Notes: a model not told the origin generated them from the letters alone. Counted from the stretch's first letter, positions 18,369 to 27,919 are shown. The stretch: 57,289 bases of DNA from an uncultured delta proteobacterium (GCA_963729715.1 CAVSPA010000011.1:1-57289); one strand, 5' to 3'. Translations and numbers: made by a program.

Positions 18369-19746
18369 GATTCTCATAATAGACGACGACAGCTCTATCT
18401 GCGAAACTATCGACCTTTATCTTACCGAAGAGGGACACGAGGTGCACACGGCCATGACCGGCACGGACGGGTTGAATAAATTTGTGCAAACCTCGCCGGA
18501 CGTCGTTATCCTCGACATAAGGCTTCCGGATGTTGACGGATTCACTGTTCTTGAAGATTTGCGCGAGGATGACGAAGACGCCAAGGTAATCATGATAACC
18601 GCCCATCACGACATGGACACCACGATTAACGCCATGAAGGCTGGCGCATTTGATTATATCCGCAAGCCCATCAACGTTGACGAGCTGGATATAGCTATCC
18701 GCAAGGCCCTCAAATCCATAGAAATGGAAAAGAAGATAAATGGCCTCCTCATGGAACCTTCCCGGCAGTTCAAGGTCGGCGATATCATCGGCACGGGCAA
18801 GGAAATGAGCGAGATATTCAAGACCATCGGCATAGTCTCCCAGAGCAAGACGACCGTATTAATACAGGGTGAGAGCGGAACGGGAAAGGAGTTAATCGCC
18901 AAGGTCATACACAACAACACGTCGCCTAATGAGCCTTATATAGGGGTTAACTGCTCCGCCATTGTGGAAACCCTCCTCGAATCTGAACTCTTCGGACATG
19001 AAAAGGGCTCCTTTACGGGCGCCTTCGCCCGTAAATTGGGAAAGTTCGAGCTCGCCCGCTACGGCACGGTATTCCTCGACGAGATCAGTGAAATGTCCAT
19101 CAACCTTCAGGCAAAACTCTTGAGGGTGCTTCAGGAGATGGAGTTCGAAAGAGTCGGCGGCAAGGACCGTGTCAAGGTAAACGCAAGGATCATCACTGCC
19201 ACGAATAAAGACCTCAAGACCCTCGTGAAGGAGGGGAAATTCCGGGATGATCTTTTTTATCGCCTCAATATCGTATCCATAAATATTCCACCTCTAAGGG
19301 AGCGGAGGGAAGACATTGCGCCCCTCGTCGATTATCTGATCACCAAGATTAACCGTGATCTTCATAAGCGCATCCTGGGCGTGTCCGACGAGCTGATGGA
19401 TACATTTCTTAAATACAGCTGGCCCGGAAATGTTAGAGAATTAGAGAATCTCCTTGTCAGGGCCGTTGTCGTCGCCAAGGGACAGATACTCGGGAGAGGA
19501 GACATCCCGGAGCTTCTCGATGACGTTGAAACAAAATGCGCGCCTGAAGAAACCGGCGGAATGGGCTTAATGGAAACGGGGAAGTTAGCGACACTCGATG
19601 ATATTGAAGAGAGATACATCCGGCAAGTCATCAAGGCAAGCGGCAATAAGACGAAGGGAGAGATATGCGAAATACTCGGCATCTCCCGGCCGACCTTCGA
19701 ACGGAAGCTGGAAAAATACGGGATTACTCTCGAACTCGACGGATGA
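18361..19746 (+). CDS. Sigma-54-dependent response regulator (NtrC/AtoC family)
   Basis: REC domain (ILIIDDD, LDIRLP); GESGTGKE; ESELFGHEKGSFTGA; WPGNVRELEN; Fis-type HTH. Confidence 0.95.
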   Translation: MAKILIIDDDSSICETIDLYLTEEGHEVHTAMTGTDGLNKFVQTSPDVVILDIRLPDVDGFTVLEDLREDDEDAKVIMITAHHDMDTTINAMKAGAFDYIRKPINVDELDIAIRKALKSIEMEKKINGLLMEPSRQFKVGDIIGTGKEMSEIFKTIGIVSQSKTTVLIQGESGTGKELIAKVIHNNTSPNEPYIGVNCSAIVETLLESELFGHEKGSFTGAFARKLGKFELARYGTVFLDEISEMSINLQAKLLRVLQEMEFERVGGKDRVKVNARIITATNKDLKTLVKEGKFRDDLFYRLNIVSINIPPLRERREDIAPLVDYLITKINRDLHKRILGVSDELMDTFLKYSWPGNVRELENLLVRAVVVAKGQILGRGDIPELLDDVETKCAPEETGGMGLMETGKLATLDDIEERYIRQVIKASGNKTKGEICEILGISRPTFERKLEKYGITLELDG

Positions 19747-19799
19747 AAGCACATTCCGCGAAATATTGTCTCGAATCAGCGTGCTGGTAGAACAGGATT

Positions 19800-20393
19800 A
19801 TGAAAATTGTATCGGCGGAATTCGTCAAATCTGCAACCGAACCATCCCAATATCCCGAAGGGATACTTCCCGAGATTGCCTTTGCCGGCAGATCCAACGT
19901 AGGAAAATCTTCCCTCATCAATGCCATTACCAGGAAGAAAAATCTCGCCCGAACAAGCAGCACACCCGGTTGCACACGCCTCATTAATTTCTTTATAGTG
20001 AACAATCAGATCTCACTCGTAGACCTGCCCGGTTATGGTTATGCAAAGGCGCCGATTGCCTCAAGAAAAGAATGGGGCCCGATGATCGAAACGTACCTCA
20101 TGCACAGGGAATCCTTAGAGTCGGTCATCGTAATCCTCGATGTGAGAAGAGAGCCTTCGGAGCAGGATCTCACGCTCATCGACTGGCTACGCCATTATGA
20201 GATAATTCCCACAATCGTCCTTACGAAGATAGACAAGGTTTCCCGAAGTCAGGCAAAAGTCTGCCAGCGAAAAATAAAAGAACAGCTGAGACTGAACACA
20301 GATCCCATCCTTTTCTCGGCGCGGACCGGCGAAGGAAAAGATGCCATCTGGAGGACAATAAGGGATCTGTCCGCCGGTGATATACACACCTGA
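19800..20393 (+). CDS. engB: Ribosome biogenesis GTP-binding protein YihA/YsxC
   Basis: EIAFAGRSNVGKSSLIN, VDLPGYGYAK, TKIDK. Confidence 0.95.
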   Translation: MKIVSAEFVKSATEPSQYPEGILPEIAFAGRSNVGKSSLINAITRKKNLARTSSTPGCTRLINFFIVNNQISLVDLPGYGYAKAPIASRKEWGPMIETYLMHRESLESVIVILDVRREPSEQDLTLIDWLRHYEIIPTIVLTKIDKVSRSQAKVCQRKIKEQLRLNTDPILFSARTGEGKDAIWRTIRDLSAGDIHT

Positions 20394-20731
20394 ACCTCCA
20401 TCCGCTCATATATTCACCTGAGTTCAAGCGAACACATCTCAGCAAAACCCGCTGCGAGAGTTGAAGCGAGAGCTTCCTGAGCAGGCGGAATATCGGCCCT
20501 GCTATGGCGCCATGCGGCGGCGATAATTTCTCATTTCATTAAAGACGATTGAATGTTTCTTTAAATATCGAGCCCAATGCAGGGCGTTAAAAGCGGGGGC
20601 TGCAATTGATTCAATGGTAAACGTCGCACATTATCAATATGTTACAAGTATCGCAGGCGGATCATGAAAACTGGCATGAATATTTCATTACTACATGTCA
20701 AAAGGAAGGAAGAAATACAGGAGGATATTAT

Positions 20732-21007
20732 ATGAAAAAGATATTAGAGATATTGGCTCTCTCAGTATTTGTAGTGCTGGTTACAGCGACCTTCGGGACC
20801 GCCGAGTATGCGGCATCGACTGCGAGCGACTTCCCTTACTTCCAGTTTGGTTGTCTGATTGTCGGCGGGGTGACAATTATATCTCTGAGGCACAAATACC
20901 AGAAGATGTACACCCGTGAACTGGTGGCCGTTTTTTGCCTGTATACTATGCTCATCGCCCTCTTCACCGTGCCGGTAATTACCGCCATCAAGACCGTAGT
21001 GAGCTGA
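20732..21007 (+). CDS. Small hypothetical membrane protein
   Basis: AGGAGG RBS; three hydrophobic segments; followed by a strong hairpin at 21030-21062. Confidence 0.65.
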   Translation: MKKILEILALSVFVVLVTATFGTAEYAASTASDFPYFQFGCLIVGGVTIISLRHKYQKMYTRELVAVFCLYTMLIALFTVPVITAIKTVVS

Positions 21008-21288
21008 GGCTATTATCTATAGTACCCTTAGGCCCCGTAATGCACGAGCGTTACGGGGCTTATTTATTGGCGCAGGCTTTCTGTTTTTCTCACGTACCTA
21101 CCCCATCTGTGGATGGTCTCTCTCCCTGCTGTTCGGTGCCCATCCGTCACGTCAGCCATTCCCCGGAAGATATATTGACTTGACATGCAGTATGCAAATC
21201 CATATACTTTGCCAAACAAAAAATCCATAACATCATTGGCCCTGATATTGAAAAAGTTGATGTTATGAAACAGGAGAGAGAATAGATA

Positions 21289-21519
21289 ATGTGCCTCGGA
21301 TTTCCCGGAAAAATAATTTCTATAGATGAAAATAAGCTCGCTATTATCGATATCAGCGGTACGCGTAGGGAAGCACGCCTTGACCTGGTAGATGACGATA
21401 CGGTCGTCGGTGACTATGTAATCTGCCACGCGGGTTATGCCATTCACAAGATAGATGAGGAACTGGCGCAGGAGATGCTGGATTGCCTGAGAGTGATCGT
21501 TGAAAGTGAATCAAATTGA
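21289..21519 (+). CDS. hypC: Hydrogenase maturation chaperone HypC
   Basis: MCLGFPGKI...VGDYVICHAGYAI. Confidence 0.93.
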   Translation: MCLGFPGKIISIDENKLAIIDISGTRREARLDLVDDDTVVGDYVICHAGYAIHKIDEELAQEMLDCLRVIVESESN

Positions 21520-21679
21520 CGATCCTTCCAAATAGAAGTTAACGGCTCATTAGAATGCCCCTTCCCGCCGCACAATCCCCCCAAGGCTTTTGACGGAGGC
21601 ATATTATACAAAGCTATCTTTTTTGTCCAATTCTTGAACTCTTAGAAAATCAATCATAGTCTCAGAAAGGTATTCGACA

Positions 21680-22690
21680 ATGCAATATGATAAGATTCTG
21701 CTGGATCATGGCGGTGGCGGTTTATTGATGAATGAGCTGATTGCCCATACGTTCCTCCCCAAATTTAAGAATACATATCTCGAGCGTATGGAAGACGGCG
21801 CCGTCTTTGATATAGGCAATATTAAGCTCTGCTTCTCCACTGATTCTTATGTAGTGAGTCCTATTTTTTTCCCCGGCGGCGATATCGGTTCCCTGTCTGT
21901 ACACGGAACAGTCAATGACATTGCCGTGTGTGGAGGAATTCCCCTTTTTCTCAGCGCCGGATTCATTCTCGAAGAAGGTTTCGGCATGAATGATCTAGAA
22001 AAGATCATTGTATCCATGGCGCAGGCAGCATCGAACGCCGGTGTACAGATTGTTACAGGAGATACCAAGGTCGTGGCAAGGGGGGCAGCCGACGGAGTTT
22101 TCATCAATGTTTCCGGCATTGGCGTTATCAAGTATAAAGGGGTAATCTCTCCCCGAAGTGTGATGCCCGGAGATAAAGTGATCATTAATGGGACGATTGG
22201 AGATCATGGAGCAGCAATATTATGCAAGCGGCAGGACCTGGGCTTTAAGTCCGAGATTTTATCGGACTCGGCCCCGCTGAATACGCTCGTGGAAAGCATA
22301 CTCTCCACCAGTCCCAATATTCACTGCATGAGAGATGCAACAAGAGGCGGTCTCGGTGCAATCATGTGCGAAATTGCAGATCAGTCCGCATGCCAAATCG
22401 TAATCAACGAAATAAATATCCCGGTGCGGGAAGAGGTAAGGGGCGTGTGTGAGATTCTTGGCGTTGATCCGCTCTTTCTCGCCAATGAGGGAAAGATGGT
22501 AGTATTCTGCCCGCCCGAAGATACTGAGAAAGTCCTGCAGGTGATGGCGGCACACAAGTATGGCAGGGCCGCCGCCGTCATAGGAGAAGTGGGCGAAAAG
22601 GGCCGCGGACGTCTCCTGCTGAATACCGTCATCGGCGGGGCAAGGGAAATTGACCTGCCGACTGGTGAACTCGTTCCTCGCATCTGTTAA
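21680..22690 (+). CDS. hypE: Hydrogenase maturation protein HypE
   Basis: HGGGG, STDSYVVSPIFFPGGDIG, GDTKVV, MRDATRGG, ANEGK, C-terminal PRIC. Confidence 0.96.
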   Translation: MQYDKILLDHGGGGLLMNELIAHTFLPKFKNTYLERMEDGAVFDIGNIKLCFSTDSYVVSPIFFPGGDIGSLSVHGTVNDIAVCGGIPLFLSAGFILEEGFGMNDLEKIIVSMAQAASNAGVQIVTGDTKVVARGAADGVFINVSGIGVIKYKGVISPRSVMPGDKVIINGTIGDHGAAILCKRQDLGFKSEILSDSAPLNTLVESILSTSPNIHCMRDATRGGLGAIMCEIADQSACQIVINEINIPVREEVRGVCEILGVDPLFLANEGKMVVFCPPEDTEKVLQVMAAHKYGRAAAVIGEVGEKGRGRLLLNTVIGGAREIDLPTGELVPRIC

Positions 22691-22709
22691 GCTGCACGTA
22701 CACGGCCGC

Positions 22710-22749
22710 AAAAAAAGCAGGCAAGACGCCGAGTACGTCTTGCCTGCTT
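22710..22749. terminator. Terminator between convergent hypE and echF
   Basis: A-run, then GCAGGCAAGACG-ccgagta-CGTCTTGCCTGC-TT. Confidence 0.75.
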
Positions 22750-22776
22750 CATTATTCCGCACAGAGAAGTTGACCT

Positions 22777-23172
22777 TCAGTCTTTCGTTTTTTCCGTACC
22801 TTCCTTGGCTTTGTCCGCGCTTTCACGCAGATGCGACAAGCGCGTAGACTGATGCAACTCAACCGGCTTGTCATAGAGGGAGGGGCGCCATTTATAAATC
22901 AATTCTATGGCATCAGAGGGGCATGCCTGCACGCAGGCTTCACAGACTATGCACCTTAGCGGATAGAATGCAAGCTCATTTTTTGCCTTATCTGTTGTAA
23001 TGGCAACTGACGGACAGCGAAGGGCGCATACCCCGCACATAGTACACTTGTCGTCCAAGAATACTACGTGGCCCCGGGCGTTTTCAAAAGGCTCCCTTAT
23101 CTGAACCGGATACATCCGGGTGGCATATCCGGTGAACAGGTTTTTCAAAATGGTCGGTAACATGAAGGGCAT
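22777..23172 (-). CDS. echF: Ech hydrogenase 2[4Fe-4S] subunit (NuoI-like)
   Basis: ATRMYP...RG; CTMCGVCALRCP; CIVCEACVQACP; last gene of the operon. Confidence 0.88.
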   Translation of the reverse strand: MPFMLPTILKNLFTGYATRMYPVQIREPFENARGHVVFLDDKCTMCGVCALRCPSVAITTDKAKNELAFYPLRCIVCEACVQACPSDAIELIYKWRPSLYDKPVELHQSTRLSHLRESADKAKEGTEKTKD

Positions 23173-23195
23173 CTATTCACACACTCCTTTCGCCT

Positions 23196-24278
23196 TTACC
23201 TCTCCATGCAGCAGATGCATGGATCAATAGAGAGAACAATCACCGGCACATCGGGCAATTGACTTCCGGGTAACATGACTAACAACGAGGGAAGATTGTT
23301 AAAGGTCGGCGTTCTGATTTTCATACGCTCCAGATTGCGCGTACCGTTTCCTTTTGCATAATAGAAGAGTTCTCCTCGCGGAGCTTCCGTACGCATGATC
23401 GCCTCATTGGCAGGGGGGTTGCCCTTTACTTTCGTTGCTATTTCGCCTTCGGGTAATTTATTCAGCGCTTCTATCTGCAAATCGATAGACTGGAGGAGTT
23501 CCCTCGCCCTCACCAGCGCGCGGGCATAACAGTCACCAGCAGTCTCTACTATGGGCTCGAAACTGAGCTCACCATAGGCATCGTACTTGGTCAAGCGAAC
23601 ATCTTCGCCGACTCCGCTCGCTCTCAGCACAGGGCCGACGCATCCTAACAGGAAGGCCTGCTCCTTTGTTACAACGCCGACACCGACCGTTCTGGACTTC
23701 ACTGTATAGTCATTGACCACGACCTTTATCAGGTCCTCGCTCTCCTTGCGGATTATGGGCAACGCCTCCAAGACCGTTTTTTTCTGTTCCTCATTTATAT
23801 CCCGCCGCACACCGCCGACTATATTGACTGAGGGGATGACTCTGTGCCCCGCTGTCATCTCTATGAGATCCAGAACCCGCTCCCGTATGCGCCAGAACTG
23901 GAGGAACATACTTTCAAAACCGAAGGCGTCCGCCAACAGCCCTAACCATAGAAGGTGGCTATGGGCGCGCGCCATCTCCGCCCAGATTGTACGCAGGTAT
24001 TTTATCCGGGGAGACAGTTCGACTGGCCACAACCTCTCCATCGCTTCGACCACAGACACGCTGTGGATGTAGCTGCAGATCCCTCAAACACGCTCACAGA
24101 GGTAAATATTCTTGGCGTATTCGTTAAGTTCACATGCTTTTTCTATTCCCCGATGGGCGTAGCCTATTACCGGAACCACTTCTACAACTGTTTCATCTTC
24201 ATAAGAGATTCTCAATTGTACAGGCTCGGGCAGTACCGGGTGTTGCGGCCCAAAGGGTACTGTTGTACGTGTAACCAT
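23196..24278 (-). CDS. echE: Ech (group 4) hydrogenase large subunit, 360 aa, with in-frame TGA at codon 65 (probable selenocysteine)
   Basis: The two track ORFs are in the same frame: PFGPQHP...GYAHRGIEK...ERV-TGA-GICSYIH...EAPRGEL...RTPT...DPCICCMER. There is no C-terminal extension. A SECIS-like hairpin follows the TGA. Confidence 0.9.
24040..24083 (-). promoter_or_regulatory. Candidate bacterial SECIS element
   Basis: After UGA: stem CCACAG/CUGUGG (+18 to +34) with loop CGUGU; possible lower pairings GCU/AGC and AUC/GAU. Confidence 0.7.
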
Positions 24279-24661
24279 TAACTATCTCCTTTCGCAGTAG
24301 TCGACGTAACCTTGTACGTTTTCAAAAGAGGCGTAACAGGACTATCCTGAGCCAAAAGCAAGTGTCCGCCGTAGTCAATGGCGAGATCCGTCACTTTTAA
24401 TCCGAACAATTCCTTCATTTCATTTTCAATAAGCACGGTGGCAAGGGTAACGCCGGAGAAACTCGGGACCGCTTCATCTTTTGTCACCTTATAACGCAGA
24501 CCGTGCATAACCGTCCCGGCGTCATGGCTGAAGAAGTACGTCACCTCCAGATGTTGGTCAAGGTCGCTGCAGACAGCCGTCACGAATTTTCCGCCTGCAT
24601 CCAAAAATTTCCTGCCTTCCGTTAATAACTCTTCTTTCTTAATCTCCCTTATATTTTCCAT
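24278..24661 (-). CDS. echD: Ech hydrogenase subunit D (NuoC-like)
   Basis: VPSFSGVTLATVLIENEMKELFGLKV; lies between echC and echE. Confidence 0.85.
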   Translation of the reverse strand: MENIREIKKEELLTEGRKFLDAGGKFVTAVCSDLDQHLEVTYFFSHDAGTVMHGLRYKVTKDEAVPSFSGVTLATVLIENEMKELFGLKVTDLAIDYGGHLLLAQDSPVTPLLKTYKVTSTTAKGDS

Positions 24662-24672
24662 TCCCTACTTCC

Positions 24673-25095
24673 TCAGAGTTTCGATAGCTTTTGCAGGGCC
24701 ATTACGACGCCGTCTATGATGGCCTCCGGACGCACGGAGCAGCCGGGAACATATACGTCAACCGGAATAACCTTGTCTACACCGCCCAGAACATTATAAC
24801 AATTGTGAAATACACCGCCGGTAGAGGCGCATGTTCCAACACAGACGACCACTTTAGGGTCGGGAACCTGCTCATACAGATTCTTCAAGACCCGGGCAGT
24901 GCGCCTGTTAACGGGCCCCGTAATAAGAAGTATGTCAGCATGTTTCGGATTTCCCATATTAACCATACCGAATCGTTCTACATCATAAAGAGGAGTCAGA
25001 CAGGCGAGTATCTCTATGTCACAGCCATTGCAGGAACTGTTATCAAAGTGTAGAATCCATGGCGACTTAACGCGAGACCTTTGTATCAATCCCAT
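24673..25095 (-). CDS. echC: Ech hydrogenase small subunit (NuoB-like)
   Basis: SPW...SCNGCDIE...DVERFG...NPKHADIL...GTCASTGG...YVPGC. Confidence 0.93.
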   Translation of the reverse strand: MGLIQRSRVKSPWILHFDNSSCNGCDIEILACLTPLYDVERFGMVNMGNPKHADILLITGPVNRRTARVLKNLYEQVPDPKVVVCVGTCASTGGVFHNCYNVLGGVDKVIPVDVYVPGCSVRPEAIIDGVVMALQKLSKL

Positions 25096-25100
25096 AGTTC

Positions 25101-25967
25101 TTAAGATACCCCCTTAGTGTAATAGATATAGGCTATATTGATTATTCCCAGGATCAATCCCACTGACCAGCTCAGGCGTACCATCCAGCCGACAGTCATT
25201 CTCGCAGTAATATTGTCAATGAAGAGCTCCAGTAAGAATGCAGCCGAAGCAATCAAGATTCCCACCCATAGCGGGTTCGTCCAAAAGAGAGAGATGATCC
25301 CGAGAAGCAGGATGATCTCGTACCACTCCGCCAGATGATAGAGGGCCAAATAAGGACCTGAGTATTCGGTAGTCACCCCTTTCACAATCTCCTGATGGCC
25401 GTGGTGACATGTCGAAATGTCAAACGGCGATTTGCGCATCTTTATAGTTAATACATAAAGAACTGCGAGGAACAACGGCCAGAGCGTGAAGAGCAAAGGT
25501 TTATCCTGTCTGAAAATCTCACTGATGAGAAAGCTTCCGTTCTGGGCGTAAATCGCGATCGCCAGAAGAAGCAGCACGGGTTCATACGCCAGAATCTGCA
25601 TCAGCTCCCGGTTCGCGCCGAAATGGGCATATGGAGATTTCGTGCTGAAGCCGCCCAAAACCAGGCAGACGCCGGCAAACCCGAGGAGAAACACGAGGAG
25701 GAGAAAATCCGATTTCATGACGAGAAAAATCAGACTCGCTATCATAAAGACCAGGTATCCGTAGATCCAGACGAATTGCAACCTGCTTACGGCAATACGT
25801 TCTTTCCCCAAGAGCTTAATGAAATCATAAAATGGCTGAATGATGGGAGGACCATACCGACCCTGCATGCGCGCCGTTATCCTGCGGTCTATGCCGAAAA
25901 GCAAACCGCCGACAATGGGAGCACCTACCAAAATTAAAAGGACAAAAAGGAACTGTTTAATCATCAT
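25101..25967 (-). CDS. echB: Ech hydrogenase membrane subunit B (NuoH-like)
   Basis: GIDRRITARMQGRYGPPIIQPFYDFIKL; KSPFDIS..HQEIVKG.TTEYSG; ATGA overlap with the echA stop. Confidence 0.92.
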   Translation of the reverse strand: MMIKQFLFVLLILVGAPIVGGLLFGIDRRITARMQGRYGPPIIQPFYDFIKLLGKERIAVSRLQFVWIYGYLVFMIASLIFLVMKSDFLLLVFLLGFAGVCLVLGGFSTKSPYAHFGANRELMQILAYEPVLLLLAIAIYAQNGSFLISEIFRQDKPLLFTLWPLFLAVLYVLTIKMRKSPFDISTCHHGHQEIVKGVTTEYSGPYLALYHLAEWYEIILLLGIISLFWTNPLWVGILIASAAFLLELFIDNITARMTVGWMVRLSWSVGLILGIINIAYIYYTKGVS

Positions 25968-27919
25968 ATAGCGATCACCCCGCATCCGAGCATAATGACC
26001 AAGAGTAAGATGGCTATTGCGTTTGCCCAGGGATTCACCCTTTCTTCGCCCAACGTACTCCGGTAATAATAGCCACCCAGTTGGAATTTAGTTTTGCGAT
26101 CCGCTTCAGCCAGCCATTCATCAGTATCAGTACCGCCGGTCTGCTCGCCGCACATGTAAACCGGCCTCAGCTCCTTAGGCTTCACCCCGATCAGCATGAG
26201 CGGCAGGAGCAAGGCAACAATCAGAATCAGGTAGAGGGGCCACACGGGGAAAAAGCCCAAAATTTCCCTCTGCATAAAAGAGGGCGTTATCAGTATTAGG
26301 TTGTTCAGACCGAGGGCGATGACCTGATTCCCGGAAACGACGTCGTTCGTCGCAGCACGAAGGAAATTCTGATAAATCGGACCGATCCCCATACCGACGA
26401 CGAATATGCCGATCAGCAAAGTCCACAAGGGAACAGAATAGCTCAGTGATAATTTTTCAAAAGGCCTCTCTATCTTCGGCAGAACCTGCAGCAGCCGCCC
26501 GAGCCATTTTGTCCAGAAAACTATCGTCAGGGTACTCGCGAGGGCGAAAAAGACTGCCGCGAGTGGAACCATGTAGGCGGCTTCCAGGGCGATCCATTTA
26601 CCGAGGAGCATGCCGAAGGGTGGAAGGAACATGGATAGTATGCCTACTCCCGTAATAAGTGTGGTGAGAGGAGCCTTGGCGGCAAGGCCTTCCATGTCTT
26701 CGATATCGCGGCTCCAGATCTGATGCTCAATCGTACCGGCGCAGAGAAAGAGCAGTCCTTTCGATATGGCGTGGAAAATGATGAGCAGAATTGCTGCGGC
26801 GATGGAAAGGGGCGTATTAATCCCCGCGCACGCAATGATCAAACCGAGGTTGGCGATTGTGGAGTATGCCAAGACCCTCTTCCCAGTGGACTGGCTCACT
26901 GCCAGCGCGGACGCGGCAAAGAAAGTGAACGCTCCGGCAATGGCAATGATGACACTCAAATATGTCCCCGCATAAACAGGGGCAAGCCTGAGAACAAGGT
27001 AGACCCCTGCTTTGACCATCGTACTGGAATGCAGCAAGGCTGATACGGGCGTAGGCGCCACCATTGCTCCCAAAAGCCAGCTCTGAAATGGCATCTGGGC
27101 TGCCTTGGTAAAACCGGTATAGCAGAGGAGCGCGATCGGCAGCACGGCAAGAGAAGACTGAATGCCTCCTCCTATAATGCTCTGCATGGAAAGGGCGGAT
27201 GAAGCTCCCTGCGTGGCGTAAAGATAAATTATGGCCAGAATAAAGGCAGTTCCTCCCGTGGAATTCATCCATACGGCACGCGCCGCGTTGTGTATAGCCT
27301 CTTTCGTTCTATCGTGCGAGATCAGCTGGAAGCTACATAATGTGGTCACTTCCCAGAAGAAGTAAAGCCAGACTAAATTATTCGCAAACACAAGGCCGTT
27401 CATGGCGCCCAAAAACAGAACGAGCCAGAAAAGGAATCTCGGCTGTCTGGATTTCTCAATCCCGGCATGGTGCTCATGGTCATACATGTATCGCAGGGCA
27501 AAAATACAGATGAGTGACCCTATGATGGAAATGACCATGGTCATGACAAGGGCCAAATGATCAATGACAAAAGCAGGCGCCACTTCAATATGGGCCTTCA
27601 TGACGAACTCAAAGTATGCAAGCGGGAGAATCTGCGTGAGGGCGAAGATGAGAACCAGCCAGTTCCGCAACGATATGCCCACGTAAAGATAAAAGATAAG
27701 AATAGCATAGTCCAGGATTGTGATAAGTAAGCCCCAGTCAAACCCGCCTGGTGTATATGTGAAGGGTCCTCTTATAGAGAGCAGGATACTGTTAGCAATT
27801 AAAACTATCGCGGTTGCAATAACAATGACGTTTCGCGCATAGTAATTGCGGACAGCCAGTACGAGAAATCCTGCCGCAACAGGTAGCAAGATGGCGATTG
27901 CCATCATTTGATCAGCCAA
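25964..27919 (-). CDS. echA: Ech hydrogenase antiporter-like subunit A (NuoL/MrpA-like)
   Basis: FWEVTTLCSF; KAAQMPFQSWLLGAMVAPTPVSALLHSSTMVKAGVY; LAYSTIANLG; FHAISKGLLFL. Confidence 0.92.
   Translation of the reverse strand: MADQMMAIAILLPVAAGFLVLAVRNYYARNVIVIATAIVLIANSILLSIRGPFTYTPGGFDWGLLITILDYAILIFYLYVGISLRNWLVLIFALTQILPLAYFEFVMKAHIEVAPAFVIDHLALVMTMVISIIGSLICIFALRYMYDHEHHAGIEKSRQPRFLFWLVLFLGAMNGLVFANNLVWLYFFWEVTTLCSFQLISHDRTKEAIHNAARAVWMNSTGGTAFILAIIYLYATQGASSALSMQSIIGGGIQSSLAVLPIALLCYTGFTKAAQMPFQSWLLGAMVAPTPVSALLHSSTMVKAGVYLVLRLAPVYAGTYLSVIIAIAGAFTFFAASALAVSQSTGKRVLAYSTIANLGLIIACAGINTPLSIAAAILLIIFHAISKGLLFLCAGTIEHQIWSRDIEDMEGLAAKAPLTTLITGVGILSMFLPPFGMLLGKWIALEAAYMVPLAAVFFALASTLTIVFWTKWLGRLLQVLPKIERPFEKLSLSYSVPLWTLLIGIFVVGMGIGPIYQNFLRAATNDVVSGNQVIALGLNNLILITPSFMQREILGFFPVWPLYLILIVALLLPLMLIGVKPKELRPVYMCGEQTGGTDTDEWLAEADRKTKFQLGGYYYRSTLGEERVNPWANAIAILLLVIMLGCGVIAI

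Noticed and set aside
21190..21217. NikR operator upstream of hypC
   Set aside because: The GTATGC half-site lacks a convincing partner at 16-bp spacing (CCAAAC).
24084..24278. 64-aa ORF as a separate gene, or echE as a pseudogene
   Set aside because: It is in the same frame as the downstream part, the stop is TGA at a conserved Cys, a SECIS-like hairpin follows, and the rest of the operon is intact.
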